Of a stretch of 64,000 nucleotides of DNA, positions 1 to 8,067 are shown piece by piece (positions within the stretch are counted from its first letter, which is position 1; every line of letters starts with the position of its first letter). The position numbers and the translations under genes were made by a program. This stretch comes from a virus (taxonomy: Duplodnaviria > Caudoviricetes). Below the pieces are notes generated by a model that was not told where the DNA came from, did not search any database, and saw nothing but the letters and a program-made list of their open reading frames with translations. The stretch is from the IMG/VR virus record IMGVR_UViG_3300020598_000119; one strand, written 5' to 3'.

Positions 1-1
1 G

Positions 2-1522
2 ACCGCAGTCGTTGAAGCATTGGCCGTCCGTATTGTTGAAGACAAGGTGCCCGGTCAGCTCAAGAACACTGAGATCGTAGCGCTTGATATTGCCCGTTTC
101 ATCGCTGGAACGCGTCAGCGTGGTGACTTCGAGCAGAGGATCGCCAACCTCGTGGAAACGCTGGAGGCCAATCCAAACCTTATTCTATTCGTCGACGAAA
201 TTCATGCCCTCGTAGGAGGCACACTTGGTGCATCGGACGCAGCAGAGCTTCTGAAGCCTGCGCTGTCAAGCGGGCGTATCCGTGTGATCGGCGCTACGAC
301 CCATGGCGAGTATTTGAAATATTTCGGCCGAAACCCCGCAATGGCTCGCCGTTTTCAACCCATTGGAATTACAGAGCCGGACGTGGATCAGGCCATCAAA
401 ATCATTGAGAAGGTAATCCCTACCTACGCTAAATTCCATAATCTAGCATATTGCGATGCTTCGGCTCGTCTCGCCGTTGAACTCTCGAAGTCATTCATCG
501 TCGACAAGCAGCTACCGGATAAGGCCATCGACGTCATCGACGAAGCTGGAGCGTCTGCGGCCGCAGCTGGACGCAACACTGTCGAAGAAGCTGATTTTTT
601 CAAGGTCGTCCAGCGCATGTCGGGTATCAAGATCGCATCGAACGAAATTTTTGCCTCGACCGTCCTTGACGATTTAAAGAAGCGAATCCTCGGGCAGGAC
701 GAAGCCTGCAATAAGATCGCAAAGGCTCTCGCCCGGGCGAATTCCGGTCTTGCTCGTGAAGATCGCGCCAAGGCCTCAATCCTTCTCTATGGTCCAGACG
801 CTTCAGGCAAGCGCCACGCCGCCCGACAGATTGCGAACATCCTGAACACAAAGATGATCCGCATTGACATGTCGGAGTTCGTTGAATCGCACTCCACGTC
901 GCGTCTGATCGGTGCTCCTCCTGGATACGTCGGATACGGTGAGGGCGGTCAGTTATCAGAGGCTGTACGCCGCAATCCGTCGAGCGTGATCTTTTTGGAT
1001 CGCATGGACCTTGCTCACCCGAATGTCGCCAGCATCATCCTGCAGGCCATCGAGAATGGAGTCATTACCGATTCCATGGGCAACGTGGTTTCATTCACAG
1101 GCACCACAGTCGTCATGTCGGCTTCTTATGACAACCAGCGAAAGACCATCGGATTTGGAAGCTCTCAGATCGAAGAGACCGATGAACGTCCAGAGGGCCT
1201 GCCGCCCATGCTCCTCGATGCCGTGGATGTAGCGGTCGAGTTCAAGCCGATGCCGGAAGTTGCGCTCGTAACAGTTGCCGAGAAACATGTCTCTGAACTG
1301 GTCGGACGTCTCAAGAAACGGGATGTGCAGGTAACCATAGCGGGCAACATCAATGAAACCCTAGCTTCCATCGCCAAGGATGATAACGGCACCGCAAAGG
1401 CCGTCGAGCGAGCATTCAAAAAGCTGGTTGAAGATCCCGTACTGGACGCATTGCCGCGACGTGGTCAGCATCTAAAGGTGACCGTGGAAAACGAAAAGCC
1501 CACGGTGGAACTTATAGCTTAA
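2..1522 (+). CDS. ClpA/ClpB/ClpC-family AAA+ ATPase, 5'-truncated by the window edge
   Basis: The frame is open from base 2 (TAVVEALA, just after Walker A). NBD1 motifs are present (ILFVDEIH, GATT, RRFQ, LPDKAIDVIDEA) along with SRLIGAPPGYVGYGEGGQL. The second Walker A/B motifs are degenerate. Confidence 0.9.
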   Translation, partial: TAVVEALAVRIVEDKVPGQLKNTEIVALDIARFIAGTRQRGDFEQRIANLVETLEANPNLILFVDEIHALVGGTLGASDAAELLKPALSSGRIRVIGATTHGEYLKYFGRNPAMARRFQPIGITEPDVDQAIKIIEKVIPTYAKFHNLAYCDASARLAVELSKSFIVDKQLPDKAIDVIDEAGASAAAAGRNTVEEADFFKVVQRMSGIKIASNEIFASTVLDDLKKRILGQDEACNKIAKALARANSGLAREDRAKASILLYGPDASGKRHAARQIANILNTKMIRIDMSEFVESHSTSRLIGAPPGYVGYGEGGQLSEAVRRNPSSVIFLDRMDLAHPNVASIILQAIENGVITDSMGNVVSFTGTTVVMSASYDNQRKTIGFGSSQIEETDERPEGLPPMLLDAVDVAVEFKPMPEVALVTVAEKHVSELVGRLKKRDVQVTIAGNINETLASIAKDDNGTAKAVERAFKKLVEDPVLDALPRRGQHLKVTVENEKPTVELIA

Positions 1523-1530
1523 CGGAGATC

Positions 1531-2214
1531 ATGGTGAGGAAGATTATTCTTGCCGTACTCGTCAGTCTAGCCTCTCTCAGCGAGACTGCACTTGCAGAAA
1601 GCTCTGGCGCAGAAAACAGCGTCAGGGCCTCCTGTACCGTTAACGGAAGAATCGTCTATCGAGAAGACCTGCCTGCTACCGCATCTTTTGAGCAGCGCAA
1701 AAAAATCATGGATGCGTTTCCGTATGCCATGTGTATTTTCTTGGCAAATAGCGGCCCTCAAAACACTCAATCAACCGTCAGCGACTATGGATTTGATAGG
1801 GATGCTGGCTCAGATGATGGCCTGGTAGCTGCTTTGGCTGCCATTTCTGGAGGACAGACTGGCGAACGTTATCCAGACGACATAGCTCGCATGTTCCCAG
1901 GCGAGAAGGATGCAATGGACATTCTCGGCAACGGAACAACAGAATCTGAATCAAATGGGCCGAACCCAGCGAAGCAGAGCGATGGCTTTGTAAATCTGAC
2001 GCTAGGCATCTATAAAAACATGAAAATGGGCGACATTCTTGCTCATTGGAAGGTCATGCAAAAATATGGCCCCACTCTTAGAAAAATGACGCCCACATTC
2101 GATACAGTCGACGACATAACCGTCATGTCGATCATGCAGGTACCCGACGCATTGGCAGATAAAGTTTGCACGGAGGCGTCGGAAAAAGGACAGGGGTGCA
2201 TCGCCTTCTTTTAG
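1531..2214 (+). CDS. exported hypothetical protein (possible SPOR-like C-terminus)
   Basis: N-terminal signal peptide and GGAG RBS; follows directly after the Clp gene. Confidence 0.65.
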   Translation: MVRKIILAVLVSLASLSETALAESSGAENSVRASCTVNGRIVYREDLPATASFEQRKKIMDAFPYAMCIFLANSGPQNTQSTVSDYGFDRDAGSDDGLVAALAAISGGQTGERYPDDIARMFPGEKDAMDILGNGTTESESNGPNPAKQSDGFVNLTLGIYKNMKMGDILAHWKVMQKYGPTLRKMTPTFDTVDDITVMSIMQVPDALADKVCTEASEKGQGCIAFF

Positions 2215-2240
2215 CGGGTGCCAAACCGACCTAAAGAAAC

Positions 2241-3083
2241 TCATCTAAACATATGAGCAGGCGGCTTTGGAGCATTTTTACGCTCTTTCTCCAACTCCAG
2301 TTCTCGGGACATTTTTGGCTTTGGCTGGGGCAACGCGACCGTTAAATCTTGGTTCAATGCACTTTCTGCGATGGCTACCGAAAGAGCGCCCCACTTGTCG
2401 GCCGGAATCAAGACATAGCCACGATCCCCCTTCATTTCGACCGCAAAGTTCTCCTGCGCCTTTCTCAAGGCTTCCGCCATCCGCCGCAGACGAGGGTTCC
2501 AGCCAATTTTTTTAACGGCGTAAGTCAACTTGTCGTTTATGGCATTCACAGATAGCCGCAGCTCATTCACGTATTGATTGCCGTCAGAAAAAACGCCGTT
2601 CCCAACTTGGGCCAGTCTTTTCCTTCGCCCGTTGGACTTCACGCCAGGCCTTGCCGTCATCTGGGAAAGCACGGCGGCTGCAAGAACAGGTTTAGGAAGA
2701 ACGAGTTCCGGCTCAGGGGAATCTATATCTTTGGATTTTTTTATGTCTTTAACATGCTTTTCTTCAAGCTCTTGCTCGACTTCATGTTCTATCTCCGCCT
2801 GAACCTCAAGCTTCATTTCCAATGTAGGACTTTGCTCTCTGATTTCCTCGACATAACCGTCGTCGGCCATCTGCAGGGGAACGGCGAATTCCGGTCGATG
2901 CTTCATGTTGAATTCACCTGCCGTATAACCAGTGTTGGCGTCAAACTCTTCAATCGCCTTGCGAACGCCGTCGAGCGCGAGCGCCAACGATGTTATGTCG
3001 AGTTCTGATATGGTTTTGCCATGGCGATGAACTAGCTGCATCGCGCGGACAGCATCCACCACTTTAAGAGCTTGATCGCGCAT
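2241..3083 (-). CDS. hypothetical protein
   Basis: 280-aa ORF with a GGAGG RBS. Confidence 0.7.
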   Translation of the reverse strand: MRDQALKVVDAVRAMQLVHRHGKTISELDITSLALALDGVRKAIEEFDANTGYTAGEFNMKHRPEFAVPLQMADDGYVEEIREQSPTLEMKLEVQAEIEHEVEQELEEKHVKDIKKSKDIDSPEPELVLPKPVLAAAVLSQMTARPGVKSNGRRKRLAQVGNGVFSDGNQYVNELRLSVNAINDKLTYAVKKIGWNPRLRRMAEALRKAQENFAVEMKGDRGYVLIPADKWGALSVAIAESALNQDLTVALPQPKPKMSRELELEKERKNAPKPPAHMFR

Positions 3084-3140
3084 TTAACCTCCAAATATTG
3101 CGCCGATAGCGCAATTCAATAACAATCTAACAAAACTAGG

Positions 3141-4040
3141 ATGATCCAGGTGAGAGCAAAAGCCAAATTAATACTCGCGGCAATGCTAATGTCATCGAGT
3201 CCATCGAACGCTGAGCCGCAAAGAGATATTTGCGCTCAACTGGCTTCGTCTGACCCTGATTATATCTTGAACCAACTCAGGACATTCTCCCCAAATGTAA
3301 TGGGGAAACCAGCCATCACATGGAGCCGCGATGATCTTGTAAATCTGAGCAAGAACATCTTTGCTTGCGACGGATTACCGAAAGGATCTTCTAATACGCC
3401 AAAGGTCTCCCCGAACAGGTGGGTCAACCAACTGAACGCTGCTGGCAAAGTCGTGTTGCCAATCAACGATCTTAATCGAGCCGTCCAACAGGCCTATAAA
3501 CCACTCTGGAAATGGTCTGATATCCCTACATGTCAAAGCATCCTCAGCTGGAAGAGGGATCAAGTCTGGAATGAAAACAATTCGGAAGAATTATTCGGTA
3601 AGAATTTTCGCGAACTATCCCCTGCAGAAGCTACGATTGCAAAGGGGTTCACCAATGAATGCGTTGCCGTCGCGAAAAAGATTCTTGAATTAAATCGGAT
3701 GGATATGGGCGCAGCTGTAAAAATCGCAGACGATATCGAGCGCACCATTGAAAAAGAACAGGAAGCATCACAGGAAAAGAAGAACGGACTTGCGCCTTCC
3801 TTGAGAATTTATCATGAAGGCAGACGTATCCCCTTGGCATATCTGGGGCCGCAGTCCCGAAAATGGGTCGAATTCGTCAATAAATTCGAATTACAAGATT
3901 TGCCTATGCGCGTTGAGGATATGGTGACGGTCTCAAAATGGACGGAAATGGTGCTTAGCTCTAAGAAAGAGACCCCCGAAAGCGCCTTTGCCGAGGCAGT
4001 CCGAGCGGTGATTTCGAAGAGAATGTTCAGCCAAAAATAA
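3141..4040 (+). CDS. exported hypothetical protein
   Basis: 299-aa ORF with a signal-peptide-like N-terminus and paired Cys. Confidence 0.65.
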   Translation: MIQVRAKAKLILAAMLMSSSPSNAEPQRDICAQLASSDPDYILNQLRTFSPNVMGKPAITWSRDDLVNLSKNIFACDGLPKGSSNTPKVSPNRWVNQLNAAGKVVLPINDLNRAVQQAYKPLWKWSDIPTCQSILSWKRDQVWNENNSEELFGKNFRELSPAEATIAKGFTNECVAVAKKILELNRMDMGAAVKIADDIERTIEKEQEASQEKKNGLAPSLRIYHEGRRIPLAYLGPQSRKWVEFVNKFELQDLPMRVEDMVTVSKWTEMVLSSKKETPESAFAEAVRAVISKRMFSQK

Positions 4041-4113
4041 TCGCTGCATGGCGATAATTCATTGACATTTTTCTGGTGGAATTTTAGTAATTTCCCATTC
4101 GAAGGGAAAAACG

Positions 4114-5400
4114 ATGACAATTATTGAAATTGCTGCAATGCTCGTGGTGCTTTCGGCCGTGCTCGGCTGGATCAACCACGTTTTCTTGGGCCTGCCACAC
4201 GCCATTGGCCTGCTAATCATGGGCCTATTCGGCTCACTTTGCCTTCTTACGGCATCATTTTTCATCCCAGGCTTTACGCTGACAGATGACCTTAATCATC
4301 TGATTTCGAGTATCGATTTCTTCGACACTGTGATGAATGGCATGCTTGCGTTCCTGCTTTTTGCTGCCGCATTGCATGTCGACGTCAAGTCCTTGAAGAG
4401 TCAGCGGATGCCGATCCTTCTGATGGCATCTTTTGGCGTTCTGGTTTCGACGGTCGTCGTGGGCGTGGGTCTTTGGGCACTTTCCAATATCGCTGGATTC
4501 GCCATCCCGATCTGGTGGGCGCTTGTGTTCGGCGCGTTGATCTCGCCAACAGATCCAGTTGCCGTTCTTTCTGTTCTCAAGACCGTCAAGGTACCTGAAA
4601 GCCTGGAAGCCAAGATCGCGGGCGAGAGCTTGTTCAATGACGGCGTTGGCGTCGTGGCGTTCACCGTGCTCCTGACCGTCGCTTTGGCGACGTCTGGCAT
4701 CATGCCGACAGCCAATCATCAGCTCGTCGACACATCTGGTGCGATGAACTACCTCGAAGTCATCAAGGTGTTCAGCGTTGAAGTTTTCGGGGCAATCGCC
4801 CTTGGTCTCGCCATTGGCGTGGCGGCACTCTGGCTTATCAAGAAGGTCGATGACGCCGCTCTTGAGACCCTGATCACCCTCGCGGTCGTTCTTGGCACCT
4901 ACGGCCTCGCCGTAAAGCTCCACTTCTCCGGCCCGATTGCCGTGGTCATTCCTGGCCTGATCATGGGTAACTGGGGCGCGAACAATGCCATGTCCGAAGA
5001 GACGAAGAGCCACCTGTTTCCGTTCTGGACCATGGTCGATGAAGTTCTGAACTCGGTTCTCTTCCTTTTGATCGGTCTCGAAGTCCTCGTGCTACGCTTT
5101 GATCAAAGCCACATCGTCGTATCGCTGCTTTGCATTCCGCTCGTTCTCGCAGCTCGCTACATCTCCGTCGCAACCCCAGTGACCTTTCTGCGGGCCGCTG
5201 GCCAGAAGTTCTCCAACGGCGCTGTCCGGATCATGACTTGGGGCGGTGTTCGCGGGGGCATTTCGGTGGCGCTGGCGCTGTCTCTGCCCGAGAATGAGTA
5301 CAAGAGTACGATCCTGACGGTAACCTACGTCGTCGTTGTCTTCTCGATCATCGTGCAGGGCCTGACCATTGCTCCACTGGTGAAAAGACTGGCCAAATAG
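4114..5400 (+). CDS. CPA1-family Na+/H+ antiporter (NhaP-like)
   Basis: About 12 hydrophobic helices; ISPTDPVAV, GESLFNDG and WGGVRGGISVALAL motifs. Confidence 0.93.
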   Translation: MTIIEIAAMLVVLSAVLGWINHVFLGLPHAIGLLIMGLFGSLCLLTASFFIPGFTLTDDLNHLISSIDFFDTVMNGMLAFLLFAAALHVDVKSLKSQRMPILLMASFGVLVSTVVVGVGLWALSNIAGFAIPIWWALVFGALISPTDPVAVLSVLKTVKVPESLEAKIAGESLFNDGVGVVAFTVLLTVALATSGIMPTANHQLVDTSGAMNYLEVIKVFSVEVFGAIALGLAIGVAALWLIKKVDDAALETLITLAVVLGTYGLAVKLHFSGPIAVVIPGLIMGNWGANNAMSEETKSHLFPFWTMVDEVLNSVLFLLIGLEVLVLRFDQSHIVVSLLCIPLVLAARYISVATPVTFLRAAGQKFSNGAVRIMTWGGVRGGISVALALSLPENEYKSTILTVTYVVVVFSIIVQGLTIAPLVKRLAK

Positions 5401-5417
5401 GCTGCGCAATCAAACTC

Positions 5418-5458
5418 AACAAAAAAGCCGCCGAGTTACCTCAGGCGGCTTTTTTGTT
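5418..5458. terminator. bidirectional intrinsic terminator
   Basis: AAAAAAGCCGCC-loop-GGCGGCTTTTTT between convergent genes. Confidence 0.85.
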
Positions 5459-5470
5459 CCTGTTGTGACA

Positions 5471-5758
5471 TCACATTCGAGGGCCAAGTGTCACGTCCTC
5501 CTCAACCTCGGTAGCAGTGTCTACGCGACTTCTGGCATCCCAGAATGGCTTAAATGCAAAAGGAAGATCAATCCATCTTTGGCCATCGCGCTCACTTGTG
5601 AATGATTCCTTGTTAGTGATGCCGCCTTCGGATTCAAAATCCCGAATAATCTGTTTAGCTATTTCTGTCTCTCGAACGTACAGATCACTCTGATGGCTAT
5701 CGGTTTCGCAACCTGCCTCGACTAGACGTTCATAGAGAGATTTGCGGTCTTCTGTCAT
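5471..5758 (-). CDS. hypothetical protein
   Basis: Start at MTEDRK with an AAGGA RBS; C-terminus EVEEDVTLGPRM. Confidence 0.65.
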   Translation of the reverse strand: MTEDRKSLYERLVEAGCETDSHQSDLYVRETEIAKQIIRDFESEGGITNKESFTSERDGQRWIDLPFAFKPFWDARSRVDTATEVEEDVTLGPRM

Positions 5759-5896
5759 GGATCGTTCCTTGCTCGTGCTTTGAGCCGATAATGAGATCAA
5801 AGCCAGCAAACAACAAAGAAGGCACAAAAATGAGGAAAAAGGGTGACATGATGACCAAAGTACTCATGAAATCGTGAGCAAGAACAGATATCTATA

Positions 5897-5990
5897 TGGT
5901 GCGGACGGCAGGACTTGAACCTGCACGGAGAGTAGCAAGCTCTCCACTGGGACCTGAACCCAGCGTGTCTACCAATTCCACCACGGCCGC
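5897..5990 (-). tRNA. tRNA-Leu(CAG), long variable arm
   Basis: Cloverleaf with anticodon loop TTCAGGT and encoded CCA. Confidence 0.92.
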
Positions 5991-6008
5991 ATATTCTTTG
6001 ATTTGACT

Positions 6009-6092
6009 TGGTGTGGACGGCGGGGATCGAACCCGCACGCACGAAGCGGTGAATTTTAAGTTCACTGCGTCTACCTATTCCGCCACGTCCAC
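6009..6092 (-). tRNA. tRNA-Leu(TAA)
   Basis: Cloverleaf with loop CTTAAAA and CCA. Confidence 0.93.
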
Positions 6093-6158
6093 ATTTTTTA
6101 TTCGGCGGTAAGTAAGAAGAAGATTGATTGGTTGGTGGTGTCTTCTGCAGGCAGTCAG

Positions 6159-6242
6159 TGGTGCGGCTGAGAAGAGTCGAACTTCCACGGGTTGCCCCAC
6201 AGCGACCTCAACGCTGCGTGTCTACCATTCCACCACAGCCGC
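6159..6242 (-). tRNA. tRNA-Leu(GAG)
   Basis: Cloverleaf with loop TTGAGGT and CCA. Confidence 0.93.
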
Positions 6243-6280
6243 ACAGTTCCGCTGATCAACGACGGCGAAGTCACAAGTAT

Positions 6281-6355
6281 TGGAACCGAAGGATGGAGTC
6301 GAACCATCGTCTCTGGAGCCACAATCCAGCGCTCTAACCATTGAGCTACAACGGC
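6281..6355 (-). tRNA. tRNA-His(GTG), no G-1, two U-U mismatches in the acceptor stem
   Basis: Loop TTGTGGC, T arm GATGG-TTCGACT-CCATC, CCA. Confidence 0.85.
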
Positions 6356-6365
6356 AAACAGGCAT

Positions 6366-6509
6366 CGCTAAGTAAAGGGACTCGAACCCTTAACGCAGAA
6401 TCGGTCTGGTTCGTATCTGCCATTGGTTTCTGCCATGAACCAGGGGTATGAATACCCATTCGTGATTGGCTTGACCTCAACGTCGTCTACCACTTCCGAC
6501 ATACTCAGC
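6366..6509 (-). ncRNA. tRNA-like RNA with a large structured insertion
   Basis: Acceptor GCTGAGTA/TACTTAGC, D-arm GTCGGAAGTGGTAGACGAC and T arm AAGGG-TTCGAGT-CCCTT. The middle holds extra hairpins. No CCA. Confidence 0.6.
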
Positions 6510-6542
6510 GAATTTCGATAAGGACCCGAGGCCCTTGAAACT

Positions 6543-6645
6543 TGGTGGCAGAACAGGCACTTGATCTCAGCGGATGATCAATCCGTGATCTTTGACCAGT
6601 ACGCCGACTCCGACGAATGTACCTAGGATACGTCAGGGTCCTGCC
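6543..6645 (-). ncRNA. unknown structured RNA with an acceptor-like stem and ACCA end
   Basis: GGCAGGAC/GTTCTGCC-ACCA closes two internal hairpins; no T-loop. Confidence 0.45.
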
Positions 6646-6652
6646 ATTTAAG

Positions 6653-6729
6653 TGGTCGGAGTGGCAGGCTTCGAACCTGCGACCTATGGTTCCCAAAACC
6701 ATCGCGCTACCAGGCTGCGCTACACTCCG
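6653..6729 (-). tRNA. tRNA-Pro(TGG)
   Basis: Cloverleaf with loop TTTGGGA and CCA. Confidence 0.93.
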
Positions 6730-6794
6730 AATTCTTCATGCACGGGCCGAGCAGCGCCACTGAAGGCAGTAGGTCTCGGCCCGTTAGTTTAACT

Positions 6795-6886
6795 TGGTGG
6801 GGGACGGCTAGAGTTGAACTGCTTGCCGCATAGGGACCCGGTTTACAGCCCGGTGACAGGACCGCCCATCCTTATTGGCGTCCCCC
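6795..6886 (-). tRNA. atypical tRNA-Tyr(GTA)-like, 8-bp acceptor stem
   Basis: GGGGGACG/CGTCCCCC-ACCA, loop CTGTAAA, short bulged T stem and non-canonical D arm. Confidence 0.6.
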
Positions 6887-6891
6887 ATAAA

Positions 6892-7105
6892 TGGTGGAGA
6901 TGACAGGATTTGAACCTGCGCAGACCGTGATGACCTTCGCATTACCAAAGGCTCCCAATTGGTTTGAAACGCGCTTCCCTACTCGGCCCTCTCTGGCTGT
7001 TTCGGTGCATCCGCAAAGACCCCAATCGAGATTTGTCACGTCCCTGTTTTACCAGAGCCGGATTCCGTTTCCCGGTGCCCATGCCGACCTCAGGCGGACA
7101 TCCCC
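6892..7105 (-). ncRNA. 214-nt RNA with a tRNA-Ala/tmRNA-like acceptor and T arm
   Basis: GGGGATG/CATCTCC-ACCA with G3:U70 and A73; T arm GCAGG-TTCAAAT-CCTGT; long structured interior. Confidence 0.55.
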
Positions 7106-7107
7106 AT

Positions 7108-7186
7108 TGGCTTGAACGGCAAGGATTTGAACCTGCGACCTCCTGGACCCATTCCAGGCGCGCTCCCAGACTGCGCTACATTCAAG
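7108..7186 (-). tRNA. degenerate tRNA-Pro-like
   Basis: Pro-type D arm; anticodon loop AATGGGT lacks U33; bulged T stem; CCA. Confidence 0.6.
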
Positions 7187-7406
7187 ACAAACTAGATTTG
7201 ACCAAAACATGGTCAGAAACTTTTGGCACTCACAGCGACGCCAAGGATCATCAGTCGCTGTCTCTCCACGGGAGAGGGATCTTCAGGCTCGTCCACGATC
7301 CGCCGCCTGTTCCTAAAAGTGCCACCGAAACAGCAGCTGGCCAGCCGCCATTCCGCAGGCTTCCTGGGATTGTTCTAGAATTTGCCCAGTATAGCCTTTG
7401 AAGCTG

Positions 7407-7489
7407 TGGTGCGGATGAGAGGAATCGAACCTCCACGGTTGCCCGTCAGAACCTAAATCTGATGCGTCTACCAATTTCGCCACATCCGC
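7407..7489 (-). tRNA. tRNA-Leu(TAG)
   Basis: Cloverleaf with loop TTTAGGT and CCA. Confidence 0.93.
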
Positions 7490-7519
7490 ATATTTCCCAA
7501 AGGGGAAAAGGAAAAATGA

Positions 7520-7596
7520 TGGTCGGAGCAGCAGGACTCGAACCTGCGACCCCCTGATCCCAAATCAGGTGCGCTACCAGACTGCGCTATGCTCCG
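7520..7596 (-). tRNA. tRNA-Pro(TGG)
   Basis: Cloverleaf with loop TTTGGGA and CCA. Confidence 0.94.
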
Positions 7597-7683
7597 TTTT
7601 ATTCAAAAATCATATTTCCATTTCCTCTTCAAGGGGGTCAAATCGAATTTAAAAACTCCATCATCTGACCCCCTTACATAATT

Positions 7684-7766
7684 TGGTACGGCAGAGAGGA
7701 CTCGAACCTCCACGTCAGAGACAATGGATTTTGAATCCACCGCGTCTACCATTCCGCCACTGCCGC
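7684..7766 (-). tRNA. tRNA-Leu(CAA)
   Basis: Cloverleaf with loop TTCAAAA and CCA. Confidence 0.93.
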
Positions 7767-7771
7767 AAACA

Positions 7772-7855
7772 TGGTGTAGGGAGTTGGATTCGAACCAACG
7801 TGGATTGCTCAACGGATTTACAGTCCGCCCCTTTCGGCCTCTCGGGCACCCCTAC
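7772..7855 (-). tRNA. tRNA-Tyr(GTA)
   Basis: Cloverleaf with loop CTGTAAA and CCA. Confidence 0.93.
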
Positions 7856-7938
7856 AATTCCTCGCAAACCAGCTACCAAGAGAATAACGCGGTGACGGCC
7901 ACGGTATTCAAAGCCAGATTGCTCTGTTCTTGCTCACA

Positions 7939-7951
7939 ATTTCAAAGATCA
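7939..7951 (-). promoter_or_regulatory. BoxA-like antitermination site
   Basis: TGATCTTTGAAAT resembles rrn boxA (TGCTCTTTAACA) and lies between the attenuator and the first tRNA. Confidence 0.45.
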
Positions 7952-7990
7952 TTCTGCGGGAGCAGAACCCCCTTTCGGGGAAAAACACGC

Positions 7991-8040
7991 AAAAAAAAAG
8001 AAGAACCCTCGTTAGCGGTCGGCCAGCGAGGGTTCTTCTT
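7991..8040 (-). terminator. attenuator terminator of tRNA array 1
   Basis: AAGAAGAACCCTCGCT...AACGAGGGTTCTTC followed by T9 on the minus strand. Confidence 0.9.
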
Positions 8041-8067
8041 GGTCTGATCGAAGGATTTACTTAAGCG

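Noticed and set aside
4255-5013. 252-aa minus-strand ORF
   Set aside because: Antisense to the Na+/H+ antiporter.
6892-7105. Bona fide tmRNA (ssrA) or a group I intron-containing tRNA
   Set aside because: No tag reading frame or intron core motifs were recognised; kept only as tmRNA-like ends.
7224-7324. Hammerhead ribozyme (CTGATGA / CTGAAGA on the minus strand)
   Set aside because: No GAAA after a stem II in the required geometry.
5797-8047. ORF-track ORFs across tRNA array 1 (and similar ones in arrays 2 and 3)
   Set aside because: They overlap tRNA genes and are spurious.
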